NCBI GenBank assembly: GCA_039936075.1
Contig: JBDTJA010000286.1
Coordinates: 1 to 60,885 of the forward strand
Length of the DNA: 60,885 nucleotides
Direction of reading: 5' to 3'
Source: Opitutaceae bacterium
GTDB taxonomy: Bacteria > Verrucomicrobiota > Verrucomicrobiia > Opitutales > Opitutaceae
The notes under the pieces were generated by a model. The model did not search any database and was not told where the DNA came from. It saw only the letters and a program-made list of their open reading frames with translations. The position numbers were made by a program, and so were the translations under genes. This document shows, piece by piece, positions 48,997-59,566 of this stretch (position 1 is its first letter; every line of letters starts with the position of its first letter).

Positions 48997-51900
48997 TTAG
49001 CGGAGCCGCTTCAGTTTGGTGCGAAGATACGGGGCGGTGGGACTCCGCTTCACCTTGAGCAGTCCGGCGAGTTCGCCCTGATAAAGCAGTTCGCCGCCAT
49101 CCGGACCGCCGACCGGCCCGAGTTCCACGAGGTAATCCGCCTCGGCTAGCAGATCGAGGTGATGCTCGATGACCACCACGGTGTGCCCCTGGTCCACGAG
49201 CGACTGGAGGACGCGGATGAGTTTTTCGCAGTCGCTGAGGTGAAGGCCGATGGTGGGCTCCTCAAGTAGGTAGAGATTGCGGGGCAAGGTCCCGCGGCTG
49301 CGCTCACGATAGGTCGCGAGGCCGGCAGAAAGCTCGGTCACGAGCTTGAGGCGTTGGGCTTCGCCGCCGGAGAGCGTGGGCGAACTCTGGCCCAGCGTGA
49401 TGTAGCCGAGACCGCAGTCCACCATGAGCTGGCAGACCTGCTGGAGCTGCGAGTGAAAATCGAAGAACACCGCGGCCTCCTCAAACGTGAGCTGAAGCAC
49501 GGCGCCAATGGATTTGCCCTTCCACGTGATATCATTGAGTTCGGGTCCGTAACGCAGGCCGCGACAGTCATCGCAGGGCAGATAGGTGTCGGGCATGAAG
49601 GCCATCTCGAGCTTGATGCGGCCGGCGCCCTCGCAGGTCGGGCAGCGCCCGCCGGCGACGTTGAACGAGAAACGCGATGCGGTGTAGCCACGGATTTTCG
49701 CCTCGGGGAGGGAAGCGAAAAACTGGCGGATCAGGTCGAAAATGCCGAGGTAGGTCGCGGGGGTCGATCGGGGCGTTTTTCCGATGGGCGCCTGATCCAC
49801 CTCGATAACGGCCTTGAAACCGCTCGCGCCGGTCAGTTCGGCGAAGGGCGGCGCGGATGAGTTGTCATCGGCGAGCCGGTCGGAGGCGAAGCCGGTGGCG
49901 CGGACGAACTCGCGACCGGTGAGCTTGGGTTTACGGGCCTTGATGGCGTGCGTGACGGCCGGATGGAGGAGATCGCGAAAGAGCGTGGATTTGCCGGCGC
50001 CGCTCGGGCCCGCGGCCATGATCAGGCGCCCGTGGGGGAGACGCAGGGTGAAGTCCTTGAGATTTCGGAAGCGAGCGCCGCGCAGCTCAAGCCAGCTGGA
50101 GGGGGGGAGCGCGCTGCCCTCCAACCGCTGGGGCGAATCGGAAAGTGCATGGGGGGCAATACGCTCCACGTTGCGGTAGGAACCGCGCAAGGGATGCTTG
50201 ATCCCTGACTTGAGGAACAGTCCGGTGAGGGATTTTTCGTTGCGGCGGATTTCCTTGGGGGTGCCTGTGGCGAGCAGTTCGCCGCCATGGATGCCGGCGG
50301 CCGGGCCGAGATCAATGATGTGGTCGGCGCGGAGCATGAGCTCGTCGTCGTGCTCGACGACGAGGAGCGTGTTGCCCTTCGCGCGCAGGGCTTGCAGCGT
50401 GAGGATGAGCTGATCGTTGTCGCGGGCGTGCAAGCCGATGCTGGGCTCGTCGAGCACGTAAAGGACGCCGGAGAGATTGGAGCCGAGCTGGGCGGCGAGG
50501 CGGATCCGCTGGGCCTCACCACCGGAGAGCGTCTCGGTCGGACGATCGAGCGAGAGGTAACCGAGGCCGACGTGATCGAGGAATTTCAGGCGCTCTTCAA
50601 TCTGCGGCACGATGTCCTGCGTGATGAGCTTGCCACGGGCGTCGAGTTCGAGACTGCGCAACTGGGTTAGCAACCGCGACGGCGTGCTGGTAAGCAACGC
50701 GGGAAGGGAGAGCGGCGGCTGCTTGCCGCGCAGATGAAGTTTCACCGCACGGCTGACGCGATTGAGCCGTTCCCCATGGCACTCGGGGCACGGAACGCCG
50801 TCGTCGGCCACGGTATCGCCGGCATCGAGGCCGAGCTGGCGGAGGCGGGCGACGTTGGCGTCGCCGTCCTCCTCATCGGGCTCGAGCATCCACGGGAGAA
50901 TGCGGCCATGGCCGCGGCACGTCGGGCACCAGCCGCGCGGCGAGTTGAAGGAGAAATTCTTGGGCTCGAGCTCGGGAAAGGATTCGCATGACGCGATGTC
51001 GGTGCGCGTCGTGGAGAACCACGACAATACTTCGCCTTCGGGGGTGAGAAGGAAGCACGCGCCTTTCCCCACCTGCAGCGCGCGTTTGAGGACTGCATCG
51101 GCGTTGGGTCTAATGCCTTGGGACTTAAGTTTGAGATCCGCGACGACGACCTCGATATCGTGTTCCTTGTAACGATCGAGTTTTTGAAACGCATCCACGC
51201 GCGTGAGCCGGCCATCGGCGCGCATGAGTTCGTAGCCCTGGTGGGCGATCCATGTGGCGATGGGCTGGTGATGGCCTTTGCGACCACGGATGAGCGGGGC
51301 GCAGAGATAGAGATGCTTCGCCCGGCGGGCTTTCGGCGTGGCCAAGATGCGCGCGAGAAGCTTTTTCAAGGCGCCGGGGGACAGAGGCGTGACGGCCTTG
51401 TCGGTGTCGGGATGATGCTGCACGCCAAGCCGCGCGTAAAGGAGGCGAAGGTATTGCGCCACCTCAGTGATCGTTGCGACCGTGGACTTGCGGGATCCGC
51501 GGGTGACACGCTGCTCGATCGCGACCGTGGGCGGGATACCCGTGAGCCGGTCCACCGCGGGACGCGGCAGCTGCTCGACGAACTGACGCGCGTACGGTGA
51601 CATGGATTCCATGAACCGCCGCTGGCCTTCGGCAAACACGATATCGAAGGCGAGGGTGGACTTGCCGGAACCGGAGACGCCGGTCACGACCGTGAGTTGG
51701 CGGTGCGGAATCGTGAGTGAAAGATTTTTGAGATTATGCTCCCGGGCGCCGATGATGGTGAGATCGCCAGAGGCCAGCGCCAAGGGAGACTGCGTAAGGT
51801 AGGGATCGGCATCCTCGGCGGCGAGAGGTTCGGTCACTTCGTCAGAATTGGGCAGCTCGAGGGCCAGCCGCAGGAAAGGCGCGGTAGCGGTTTTGGCGCC

Positions 51901-54783
51901 GGCGACCTTTTCCGGCGGACCCTCGGCGACAATCAGGCCGCCGCCGGCGCCGGCGTCGGGACCGATTTCGAGGATCCAGTCGGCTGATTTGAGAACGTCG
52001 AGATTGTGCTCGATGACGACCACGCTGTGGCCGCGGTCGACGAGCGCCTGCAGGACGCCAAGCAGGCGTTTGACGTCGTGGCGATGCAGGCCGGTGGTCG
52101 GTTCATCGAGCAGCAACAGCGCAGTGGCAGCAGGCTCAGTGGCGCTGGTGTAACCGCTCAAATAACTGACGAGTTTTAAACGCTGTGATTCGCCACCGCT
52201 CAGCGTGTTGAGCGGTTGGCCGAGGGTGAGATAACCCAGGCCGACGGAGTCGAGACTCGCGAGGCGCGAACGGATGGACGCGTGATCGGTGAAGAGCGCG
52301 AGTGCGTCGGTGACGCTGGTCGCAAGGAGGTCGGCGACGGAGCGACCGTTCCATTGGATGGCGAGCACCTCGGGCTTGAAGCGCCGGCCTTCGCAGACGG
52401 GGCAGGGCACATAGACGTCGGAGAGAAACTGCATTTCCACCCGTTCGTAACCAAGGCCCTGGCACTGATCGCAGCGGCCCTCGCCGCTGTTGAATGAAAA
52501 ACTCGAGGCGTTGAAACCGGCCTCCTGCGCTTCGGGCGTCCGCGCGTAGAGTTCGCGGATGAGATCCCAGGCTTCGGTGTAGAGGGCGGGATTGGAGCGC
52601 GGCGTGCGGGACAACGGCGACTGGTCCACGAGGACGACCTCGGAGAATTTGGCGTCGCTCCTGATCGACTCGATCGCGGCGGGATCCTCGGCCATTTGCA
52701 GGCGCTGAGCGAGCAGACCCTGATAAATGACGTTGTCGAGGAGCGTGGATTTGCCCGAGCCGGAAACACCGCTGAGGCAGACGAACCGATGCAGCGGCAG
52801 GCGGAAGGAAACGCCGTTGAGGTTGTGCTTGGTGGCGCGGGTAAAGTGCAGTGAGGGGTGTTTCGCGGGGATGGGGCGACGCACGGCGGGAGTGGGCAGC
52901 GTTTCACGACCGGAGAAATACGCGCCGGTGATGCTCTTCGACGCGTGGAGCATGCCGTCGACGGTCCCTTGAAACACGATGTGACCACCGCGCGAGCCCG
53001 GCTCGGGGCCCACCTCGATAACGTGGTCGGCGGCGCGAATCATGGACTCATCGTGTTCGACAACGACGACCGTGTTGCCGGCATCGGTGAGGGAACGGAT
53101 GATGGCGATCAGGCGATTGATGTCGCGGGGGTGCAGGCCCACGCTCGGTTCATCGAGTACGAACAGCGTGTCGACGAGCGACGTGCCAAGACAGCTCGTG
53201 AGATTGACGCGTTGGACCTCACCGCCGGAGAGAGTCTTCGACTGCCGGTCGAGCGTCAGGTAACCCAGACCGACCTGCTCGAGATAACGCAGGCGCGTGA
53301 CAATCGAATCGTAAGCGAGCTCGGATTGATGATCGCGGCCCGAGGGCCGGGCGTCCGCGAGCGCGACGAGCAGGTCGGACACAGGCTGCTGATACAGCTC
53401 GGGGAGGGTGTGACCGCGCCATTTCCAACAGAGCGCCTCGGGTTGCAGGCGTTGGCCGCCGCACGCGGGGCATGGGTTGTAGGTGCGGTAGCGCGCGAGA
53501 AAAACGCGTACGTGCATCTTGTAGGTGTTCTTCTCGAGCCAGCGGAAGAAACCCTTGATGCCATACCAATATTTGGGCCAGGGCTTGCCGTTCTCGTCGC
53601 CGTAGCCGGGCTCGCCATCGACGATGAAACTCTGTTGCTCGGGGGTGAGCGAGGCGAAGGGAACGTCGGTCGGGATTTTCCTCTTTTTGGTGAAAACGAG
53701 CAGGTCTTTTTTTGACTCGCCGTAGATTTCGCTCTCCCAGCATTTGATCGCACCATCGTCGATGGAAAGCGACTGGTCAGGAATGGTCAGGCGGTAATCG
53801 ATGTCGATAACCCGACCAAAACCGCGACATTTCGGGCAGGCGCCGAGCGGCGAGTTGAACGAGAAGAGGGCCGGAGAAGCGGCGCGAAACGTGCGTCCGC
53901 TGGAAGGCGAGTGCAGGCCGCGGGAGAAATGGCCGATCTCGCCCAGCGGGTCGGCGGAGAAGATCCGCACCGAGCCCTGGCCGAAGTGCAGCGCGGTTTC
54001 GACGGCTTCGAGGAAGCGGGACTTTTGGTCCAACGCGAGGGTGAGTCGGTCTTGGGCGACAAAGAGATGATCGGAGTGGGAGAGGAGCCTGGGGTCGGCG
54101 AGGAGGTCATCCACCCGATGAACGGCGAGCGTCGAGACTTTGACCGAGCCTTCGCCGGGCGAACCCGCTGGAGCCGGAACGAGGACGCGGACGTAGGACT
54201 GTCCCTTGAGGTTGGACAGGATTTCCGGCCACGCGAGGTTGTCGGGCTTGGCGACGCGGAACCCGATGATGACGGTCTGGCCAGGATCGGTCGCGAGCGA
54301 TTTTTCCCAGATCGTTTGCGGGGTGTCGTCCACCACTTCCTCGCCGGTGAGGGGGTCGAAGCAGCGGGCGGCATGGCTGAACCAGACTTTGAAGAAGTCG
54401 GTCAGCTCCGTCATCGTGCCCACGGTAGAGCGGGAGGTTTTGACCGTGTTGGTCTGCTCGATGGCGATGGACGGGCGGATGTTCTCGATCGAGTCGACCT
54501 TGGGTTTGTCGAGGAGATCGAGGAACTGGCGCGTGTAGGCGCTGAAGGTCTCGACATAGCGTCGCTGGCCCTCGGCGTGCAGCGTGTCGAAGACGAGGGA
54601 CGATTTTCCCGCGCCGCTGAGGCCGGTGACAACGACGTATTTCCCCAGGGGTAGGTCGAGGTTGAAACCCTTGAGGTTGTTCTGGCGGACGCCGCGGAGG
54701 CGGATGAATTCGAGAGAGCGGGATTGGGCCACGGCGGAGGGGCACACAGATGGTGCAGTACGCCGGAAACTCAACTGCGCCAC
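48997..54783 (-). CDS. uvrA: Double-length excinuclease ABC subunit A (two UvrA units fused in tandem)
   Basis: 1928-aa ORF. There is no ATG near the 5' end (GTG candidates at 54783, 54747 and 54732). Four Walker A motifs ([18 protein letters not shown] twice, GPSGAGKST). Four LSGGE signatures and four DEP/EEP Walker B motifs. The unit boundary is near 51.77 kb, where the second unit starts with [11 protein letters not shown]. Confidence 0.9.
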   Translation of the reverse strand: MAQLSFRRTAPSVCPSAVAQSRSLEFIRLRGVRQNNLKGFNLDLPLGKYVVVTGLSGAGKSSLVFDTLHAEGQRRYVETFSAYTRQFLDLLDKPKVDSIENIRPSIAIEQTNTVKTSRSTVGTMTELTDFFKVWFSHAARCFDPLTGEEVVDDTPQTIWEKSLATDPGQTVIIGFRVAKPDNLAWPEILSNLKGQSYVRVLVPAPAGSPGEGSVKVSTLAVHRVDDLLADPRLLSHSDHLFVAQDRLTLALDQKSRFLEAVETALHFGQGSVRIFSADPLGEIGHFSRGLHSPSSGRTFRAASPALFSFNSPLGACPKCRGFGRVIDIDYRLTIPDQSLSIDDGAIKCWESEIYGESKKDLLVFTKKRKIPTDVPFASLTPEQQSFIVDGEPGYGDENGKPWPKYWYGIKGFFRWLEKNTYKMHVRVFLARYRTYNPCPACGGQRLQPEALCWKWRGHTLPELYQQPVSDLLVALADARPSGRDHQSELAYDSIVTRLRYLEQVGLGYLTLDRQSKTLSGGEVQRVNLTSCLGTSLVDTLFVLDEPSVGLHPRDINRLIAIIRSLTDAGNTVVVVEHDESMIRAADHVIEVGPEPGSRGGHIVFQGTVDGMLHASKSITGAYFSGRETLPTPAVRRPIPAKHPSLHFTRATKHNLNGVSFRLPLHRFVCLSGVSGSGKSTLLDNVIYQGLLAQRLQMAEDPAAIESIRSDAKFSEVVLVDQSPLSRTPRSNPALYTEAWDLIRELYARTPEAQEAGFNASSFSFNSGEGRCDQCQGLGYERVEMQFLSDVYVPCPVCEGRRFKPEVLAIQWNGRSVADLLATSVTDALALFTDHASIRSRLASLDSVGLGYLTLGQPLNTLSGGESQRLKLVSYLSGYTSATEPAATALLLLDEPTTGLHRHDVKRLLGVLQALVDRGHSVVVIEHNLDVLKSADWILEIGPDAGAGGGLIVAEGPPEKVAGAKTATAPFLRLALELPNSDEVTEPLAAEDADPYLTQSPLALASGDLTIIGAREHNLKNLSLTIPHRQLTVVTGVSGSGKSTLAFDIVFAEGQRRFMESMSPYARQFVEQLPRPAVDRLTGIPPTVAIEQRVTRGSRKSTVATITEVAQYLRLLYARLGVQHHPDTDKAVTPLSPGALKKLLARILATPKARRAKHLYLCAPLIRGRKGHHQPIATWIAHQGYELMRADGRLTRVDAFQKLDRYKEHDIEVVVADLKLKSQGIRPNADAVLKRALQVGKGACFLLTPEGEVLSWFSTTRTDIASCESFPELEPKNFSFNSPRGWCPTCRGHGRILPWMLEPDEEDGDANVARLRQLGLDAGDTVADDGVPCPECHGERLNRVSRAVKLHLRGKQPPLSLPALLTSTPSRLLTQLRSLELDARGKLITQDIVPQIEERLKFLDHVGLGYLSLDRPTETLSGGEAQRIRLAAQLGSNLSGVLYVLDEPSIGLHARDNDQLILTLQALRAKGNTLLVVEHDDELMLRADHIIDLGPAAGIHGGELLATGTPKEIRRNEKSLTGLFLKSGIKHPLRGSYRNVERIAPHALSDSPQRLEGSALPPSSWLELRGARFRNLKDFTLRLPHGRLIMAAGPSGAGKSTLFRDLLHPAVTHAIKARKPKLTGREFVRATGFASDRLADDNSSAPPFAELTGASGFKAVIEVDQAPIGKTPRSTPATYLGIFDLIRQFFASLPEAKIRGYTASRFSFNVAGGRCPTCEGAGRIKLEMAFMPDTYLPCDDCRGLRYGPELNDITWKGKSIGAVLQLTFEEAAVFFDFHSQLQQVCQLMVDCGLGYITLGQSSPTLSGGEAQRLKLVTELSAGLATYRERSRGTLPRNLYLLEEPTIGLHLSDCEKLIRVLQSLVDQGHTVVVIEHHLDLLAEADYLVELGPVGGPDGGELLYQGELAGLLKVKRSPTAPYLRTKLKRLR

Positions 54784-54796
54784 GGACTTTTTTTGC

Positions 54797-55561
54797 TCAG
54801 CGGGCGAGGGTGAGCTTGGCGCCGGCGGTGTGGATGGCGCGGGAGACGGCTGGCGACGGGCGAGTATCGGTCACAATGGTGAAGCGGGACTCGAACGGCG
54901 TGGTCAGGCTGAGGGCCTTGCGGCCAAACTTGGAGTTATCGAGGGCGAAGATGCTCCGCTCGGCGGCGGCAATCATCTTGCGCTGGGCGGCGACGATCAG
55001 GGAGTTGTGATTCCACACGCCGTTCTCGGTGATGCCGGCACCGCCCAGGACGGCGAGGTCGGCATGGACCTGGCCGAAGAATTCCTCGCACATCGGACCC
55101 AGGACCACGCCGAGGCGGCTATAAATGCTGCCCCCCGTGACAATGGTTTCCACGCTGCCGACCTCGCTGAACAAGCTGGCGATGGGGAGGGAGTTGGTGA
55201 TGACCTGCAGGCGTTTCTCCGCGAGCAGCCGTGCCACGGCGTACGTGGTGCTGCCGCCGTCGAGGATCACCGTCATGCCGGGCTGCACTTGAGCGGCGAC
55301 GAGACTGGCAATGGCGAATTTTTCGTCGGGGTGGCGCTGGTTGCGGGCGATGAAATCATATTCCTGGGCGACGACGTCCGTTTCCACCAGCGAGGCCCCG
55401 CCGTGATGGCGGCGAACCAACCCGCGCTCTTCCAGCTGATCAAGGGCGCGGCGAACCGTCGAAAGCGACCCGCCAAACTTGGTCGCCAGCGTGTGCAAGT
55501 CCGCATACTGGTGAGCGCGAATGAAGCGCTCGATGGAGTCGGTGCGTTGCTTGCTCGTCAT
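54797..55561 (-). CDS. DeoR-family transcriptional regulator
   Basis: Real start ATG 55561 (MTSKQRTDSIERF) inside the longer ORF 54797..56092. HTH region LATKFGGSLSTVRRALDQLEERGLV and a DeoR C-terminal sensor domain. Its start overlaps the upstream gene's stop (ATGA). Confidence 0.85.
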   Translation of the reverse strand: MTSKQRTDSIERFIRAHQYADLHTLATKFGGSLSTVRRALDQLEERGLVRRHHGGASLVETDVVAQEYDFIARNQRHPDEKFAIASLVAAQVQPGMTVILDGGSTTYAVARLLAEKRLQVITNSLPIASLFSEVGSVETIVTGGSIYSRLGVVLGPMCEEFFGQVHADLAVLGGAGITENGVWNHNSLIVAAQRKMIAAAERSIFALDNSKFGRKALSLTTPFESRFTIVTDTRPSPAVSRAIHTAGAKLTLAR

Positions 55562-56652
55562 GGTCGGGGGCCGTTTTGCAGCAGACGGGTGAAGAGGTCG
55601 AGCCAGAGACGAGGCTGACGGGCGGGATCGAAACGTTCGCTGGCGAACGTGCGGGCCTGTTCGCCGCAGCTGCTCCGGAAGGCCGCGTCGGCCAGCAAAG
55701 GCTGCAGGCGGGCGAGAAAGCCGGCGCGGTCGCCTCGCGGGACGATCCAGCCAGTCGTGCCGGGCAGGAAACATTCGCCGATGCCTTGGGCGGCGCAAAC
55801 GACGGCGGGCAGGCCGTGGGCCTGGGCCTCGATGAGAAAGTTCGAGAGCGATTCGCTTTTTGAGGCGAGGACGGCGACGTCGGATGCGCGGTAAAGCGTG
55901 GAGGGATCGGATTGAAAGCCGAGGAACTTTACGCGGTCGCCAAGTCCGCGTTCGGCGACGAGCCGCTGGCAATCGGCGAGAGCGGGGCCGGTGCCGACGA
56001 ACCAAAGCTGCCAATCCGTGGATACGGGAAGGGCGGCGGCGAGTTCGATGAGCTCCCGCTGGTTCTTCTCCGGCCGGAACATCGCGACGCAAAGTAGCAC
56101 GACGGTGCCGGGGCCAGCTCCGTGCGAGGTGCGCAGCGCGAGATTGCGCGGGAGTGACGCGACGGGAGGAAAAACGAGCGAGTTGTAGATGACGGAAATT
56201 TTGTCGGCGGGCACGTGGTGTTGCGCGACGAGGGTGGATTTCGCGTCCTCGCTGTTGGCGACGACGTGCCTGACGACCCGCAGTGAACGCCGAAAGCGGG
56301 CGGGCAACGTCTTGCCCGTGCGCATCGTGGCGATCACCACCGTGGCCGGAAAACTTTCCTGCAGTTTGCCCGCATAGCAGTTCGCCATGCGGCCCATGCA
56401 GAGCACGACATCCGGCGCGAGCGACGCGACGGCGGACTGCAAGCCGGGCGCAAACCAGTCCAGTTTGGTGTCGAATGGCTGCAGCGCGCGGCGGCCGACG
56501 GCTGGGCTACCGGTGGCGGCGAGCGGACCACCCGGCCGGAAGGTGAGCAGCGTGCAGATGTGCCCGGAGGCGGCGAAAGCGTCCGCGAGCAGGAGGGATT
56601 GGCGCTCGGTGCCCCCGCTACGGAGGTAGTCCTGGACGACGAGGATTTTCAT
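55558..56652 (-). CDS. Glycosyltransferase, GT4 family (GT-B fold)
   Basis: ATG 56652 (MKILVVQDYLRSGGTERQ). C-terminal Glycos_transf_1-type region ASKSESLSNFLIEAQAHGLPAV. Confidence 0.85.
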   Translation of the reverse strand: MKILVVQDYLRSGGTERQSLLLADAFAASGHICTLLTFRPGGPLAATGSPAVGRRALQPFDTKLDWFAPGLQSAVASLAPDVVLCMGRMANCYAGKLQESFPATVVIATMRTGKTLPARFRRSLRVVRHVVANSEDAKSTLVAQHHVPADKISVIYNSLVFPPVASLPRNLALRTSHGAGPGTVVLLCVAMFRPEKNQRELIELAAALPVSTDWQLWFVGTGPALADCQRLVAERGLGDRVKFLGFQSDPSTLYRASDVAVLASKSESLSNFLIEAQAHGLPAVVCAAQGIGECFLPGTTGWIVPRGDRAGFLARLQPLLADAAFRSSCGEQARTFASERFDPARQPRLWLDLFTRLLQNGPRP

Positions 56653-56705
56653 TGCCGGGCGGAACGCGGGCGGAACAATCGAATCATCAAGCCCATCCTT
56701 TTCCC

Positions 56706-57095
56706 ATGAAATCATTACTTATCCGCTGGCTCGTGCTCGCGCTGGGCGTCTTCCTCGCCACCCAGCTCGTGCACGGAATCTCCTGCAAGGGCGGGCTCAC
56801 GTTGTTCGTGGTCGTGGTGGTGCTCAGTTTTTTTAATGCCATCCTCAAACCGCTCCTGCTGCTGTTCACACTGCCGTTCATCGTGCTGACCATGGGGCTG
56901 GGCATCATCCTGATCAATGCCTTGTTGTTGTACTGGGTCGGAAACCTCGTGGACGGCTTCCGGGTGGAAAATTTCTGGGCGGCCATCTGGGGCGCTCTGA
57001 TCATCAGCATCACGAATCTCTTGATTAGTGGGCTCATGCGCGGGCCGCCCAAGCCGCCCGCGGGGCCGAAGCGCGGTGACGTGATTGACATCTGA
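56706..57095 (+). CDS. Phage-holin-4_2 / YvlD-family small membrane protein
   Basis: ATG 56706 (MKSLLIRWLVLALGVFLA). Four TM segments in the typical family layout (FFNAILKPLLLLFTLPFIVLTMGL). Confidence 0.7.
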   Translation: MKSLLIRWLVLALGVFLATQLVHGISCKGGLTLFVVVVVLSFFNAILKPLLLLFTLPFIVLTMGLGIILINALLLYWVGNLVDGFRVENFWAAIWGALIISITNLLISGLMRGPPKPPAGPKRGDVIDI

Positions 57096-57182
57096 GACCG
57101 CCCGGTAACGTGGGCGCGCGGGAACCCGGCGGTGGTCGAGTTTCGATTTGACGGTTTTTAGCCGCGTGGCGACCGTGGGAGC

Positions 57183-58580
57183 ATGGCTGATTCCATTGAA
57201 TATGATCTGGTCGTCGTTGGTGGTGGTCCGGCGGGCTATGCCGGCGCGATCCGGGCCGGGCAGCTCGGCAAACGCGTCGCGTGCGTGGAGATGGAGCGCG
57301 CCGGTGGCACCTGTCTCAACTGGGGCTGCATCCCGACCAAGGCGCTGCTGAAGAGCGCGGAGCTTTACCAGAAGATCAAGCAGGCCGACGTGTTTGGGAT
57401 CTCGGTCAAGGACGTGTCCTTTGATTTCGCCAAGGTCATTGAGCGCTCGCGCAGCGTCGCCGGTCAGATGGCCAAGGGCGTCGAATTCCTTTTCAAGAAG
57501 AACAAGGTCGATTACTTCGTCGGCCGCGCGCAGATCACGGTGGCGGGCATGGTTGAAATCACCGAGGGCGAGCACAAGGGGAAGTTCCTCAAGGCGAAAA
57601 ACATCCTCCTCGCGACGGGTTGCAAGATGCGCCGCATTCCCGACCTCGCGGTTGATGGCGCGCGGGTGATGACGTCCCGCGAGGCCCTGGCCGGGACCAC
57701 CCTCCCGAAGTCCATCGTGATTGTCGGCGCGGGGGCGATCGGCGTGGAGTTCGCATATTTCTACAATTCCTTCGGCTCGAAGGTGACGCTCGTCGAGATG
57801 CTTCCGCAAATCCTGCCCGTCGAGGACGAAGAAGTGGCGAAGCTGTTGCATCGTTCGTTCGAGAAGCAGGGCATCGCGGTCCACGTGGGCACCAAGTGCG
57901 AAAATTTTCGCATCGGGAAAAACTCCGTGAAACTCAACCTCGTGAAGGAGGGCAAGAGCGAGGAGATCGAGGCCGAGACGGTGTTGTCCGCCATTGGCGT
58001 GGTGCCGAATCTCGAGGGAGCATTGTCGCCGAAAGTGAAACTGGAGCTCGACCGCAACTACGTGAAGGTCGGCGACGATTACCAGACCAGTGTGAAGGGG
58101 ATCTATGCCGCTGGCGACATCATCGGGCCGCCCTGGCTGGCGCACGTGGCGACGTACGAGGCCGTCAATGCCGTCCAGGGCATGTTCGGGTTTGCCAAGC
58201 CCCATCGCGTAAAGAATTTTCCCGGCTGCACGTACTGCCAACCGCAGGTCGCGAGCACGGGCCTGACCGAGAAAGCCGCGAAGGAGAAGGGCCTGAACTA
58301 CAAGGTCGGCAAATTCCCCTTCACCGCGTCCGGCAAAGCCGTGGCGTCGGCGGAATCAGAAGGTTTCGTGAAGGTGCTGAGTGATGCGAAGACCGGCGAA
58401 ATTATCGGCGCGCACATCATTGGTGCCGAGGCCACGGAGCTGATCGCGGAGTATGGCCTCGTGATCGAACTGGAAGGCACGGTTGAGGACATCCACCACA
58501 CGATCCACGCGCATCCGACGCTAAGCGAGGCGGTCATGGAGTCCGCCGCAGCGACGACCGGCGAGGCGATTCATATCTGA
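57183..58580 (+). CDS. lpdA: Dihydrolipoyl dehydrogenase
   Basis: FAD fold VVVGGGPAGYAGA, redox disulfide GGTCLNWGCIPTK, NAD fold VIVGAGAIGVEFA, and C-terminal HAHPTLSE. Confidence 0.95.
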   Translation: MADSIEYDLVVVGGGPAGYAGAIRAGQLGKRVACVEMERAGGTCLNWGCIPTKALLKSAELYQKIKQADVFGISVKDVSFDFAKVIERSRSVAGQMAKGVEFLFKKNKVDYFVGRAQITVAGMVEITEGEHKGKFLKAKNILLATGCKMRRIPDLAVDGARVMTSREALAGTTLPKSIVIVGAGAIGVEFAYFYNSFGSKVTLVEMLPQILPVEDEEVAKLLHRSFEKQGIAVHVGTKCENFRIGKNSVKLNLVKEGKSEEIEAETVLSAIGVVPNLEGALSPKVKLELDRNYVKVGDDYQTSVKGIYAAGDIIGPPWLAHVATYEAVNAVQGMFGFAKPHRVKNFPGCTYCQPQVASTGLTEKAAKEKGLNYKVGKFPFTASGKAVASAESEGFVKVLSDAKTGEIIGAHIIGAEATELIAEYGLVIELEGTVEDIHHTIHAHPTLSEAVMESAAATTGEAIHI

Positions 58581-58711
58581 GTCGGGGGCGCCGGTGAGGT
58601 AGGGCTGACGAAGGGAACTGAAACCACTCCTTGCCCGAGGCTTCCGCCGTCGCTCGATGGGCTAGGGCGGACAAGTCGGAAAGTTTTCTTCAATCCGATC
58701 CGGATAAAAAA

Positions 58712-58786
58712 TGGTGCGAGCGCTGGGAATCGAACCCAGATCTATGGCTTCGGAGGCCACTACACTATCCATTGTGCTACGCTCGC
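58712..58786 (-). tRNA. tRNA-Arg (anticodon CCG), CCA encoded
   Basis: The minus-strand sequence GCGAGCG-TA-GCAC-AATGGATA-GTGT-A-GTGGC-CTCCGAA-GCCAT-AGAT-CTGGG-TTCGATT-CCCAG-CGCTCGC-A-CCA folds as a cloverleaf. Anticodon loop is CU-CCG-AA. Confidence 0.9.
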
Positions 58787-59094
58787 AAATGTCTGACTAT
58801 TAGATTCATAGCCAGCAGGTCCGGGAGCCTGATCCCCGCAGAAAATCACCGGGACGCTTGGATCGAAAATTCGGTCCCAACGTCCACAGCAATATCGCGA
58901 AAGATTTTTGTAACGCCGGCGAATTACCCGGCAAGTTCCAAATGGCCCGCGCCGGGGTGAGGCAGTTTCGCTCCGCCTGCTGGTTCGCGACCGCAACCAT
59001 GCGCATGAGCGGCGCCTTCAAACCGAACGAAAACGGCCAGTAGTGTCACACCCAGCAAAAAACGAGATTACCGCGGGGCTGGGATTCAACCGAC

Positions 59095-59274
59095 TTATCG
59101 CGCAGATTGCTCTACCTTTGGCACCGCTTTTTCGGGATGCGCGTTGAACCAAACGATGGCCCACGCCGCGAGGGCGAAGAACACGACCACGGCCGCGATC
59201 ATGCCAAAATTGACCTTGGTGGTCCGCTTATGCGGGTTCACTACCGGGAGGGGACTATTTTGATCGAAGCCCAT
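59095..59274 (-). CDS. Hypothetical 59-aa single-TM protein (below the ORF-track cutoff)
   Basis: Manual translation gives MGFDQNSPLPVVNPHKRTTKVNFGMIAAVVVFFALAAWAIVWFNAHPEKAVPKVEQSAR. ATG start, TAA stop, one clear TM helix, and GC-rich third codon positions. Confidence 0.35.
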   Translation of the reverse strand: MGFDQNSPLPVVNPHKRTTKVNFGMIAAVVVFFALAAWAIVWFNAHPEKAVPKVEQSAR

Positions 59275-59566
59275 GGAGATTTGGTGGGTTAATGACCAGC
59301 GGAGAGGCCGAGGAACAACTGCGGCTCAGCTAGTATAATAATAGTAAACTAGAAGCTTAGACCCCAAGGGACGGACTTAGTTCGGGATAATAGGGTTGGC
59401 AGGGAGAAGGGCTGCGAGTGGCGAGATGCGCCGAAAGAATTCTATCTAATGAGAAAACAACTTAGCCGATTTGTTGTCCAAAGTTAAGCGGTGGCGCCAG
59501 CCCCGCCTGCGGGTTGATTCTTCATATTTGTTCGGGTGGCTGGTCGAAACGAGCTATCCTTATACC

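Noticed and set aside
55562-56092. N-terminal 177-aa extension of ORF 54797..56092 upstream of the DeoR start. Similar 5' extensions occur in many track ORFs, including smc, tyrS, ileS, prfC, eno, acnA and the carboxypeptidase.
   Set aside because: The extensions are Arg/Pro-rich and overlap the real upstream gene or a terminator. Conserved N-termini begin at internal ATG codons.
56706-57095. Holin-family protein considered as a sign of a prophage or lysis cassette.
   Set aside because: There is no endolysin, spanin, or any phage structural or integrase gene nearby. This family (YvlD-like) is common as a chromosomal membrane protein.
58580-59095. tRNA-Arg considered as an integration site of a genomic island.
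   Set aside because: The 3' end of the tRNA faces lpdA, only ~130 nt away. There is no duplicated tRNA fragment, integrase or mobility gene on either side within the window.
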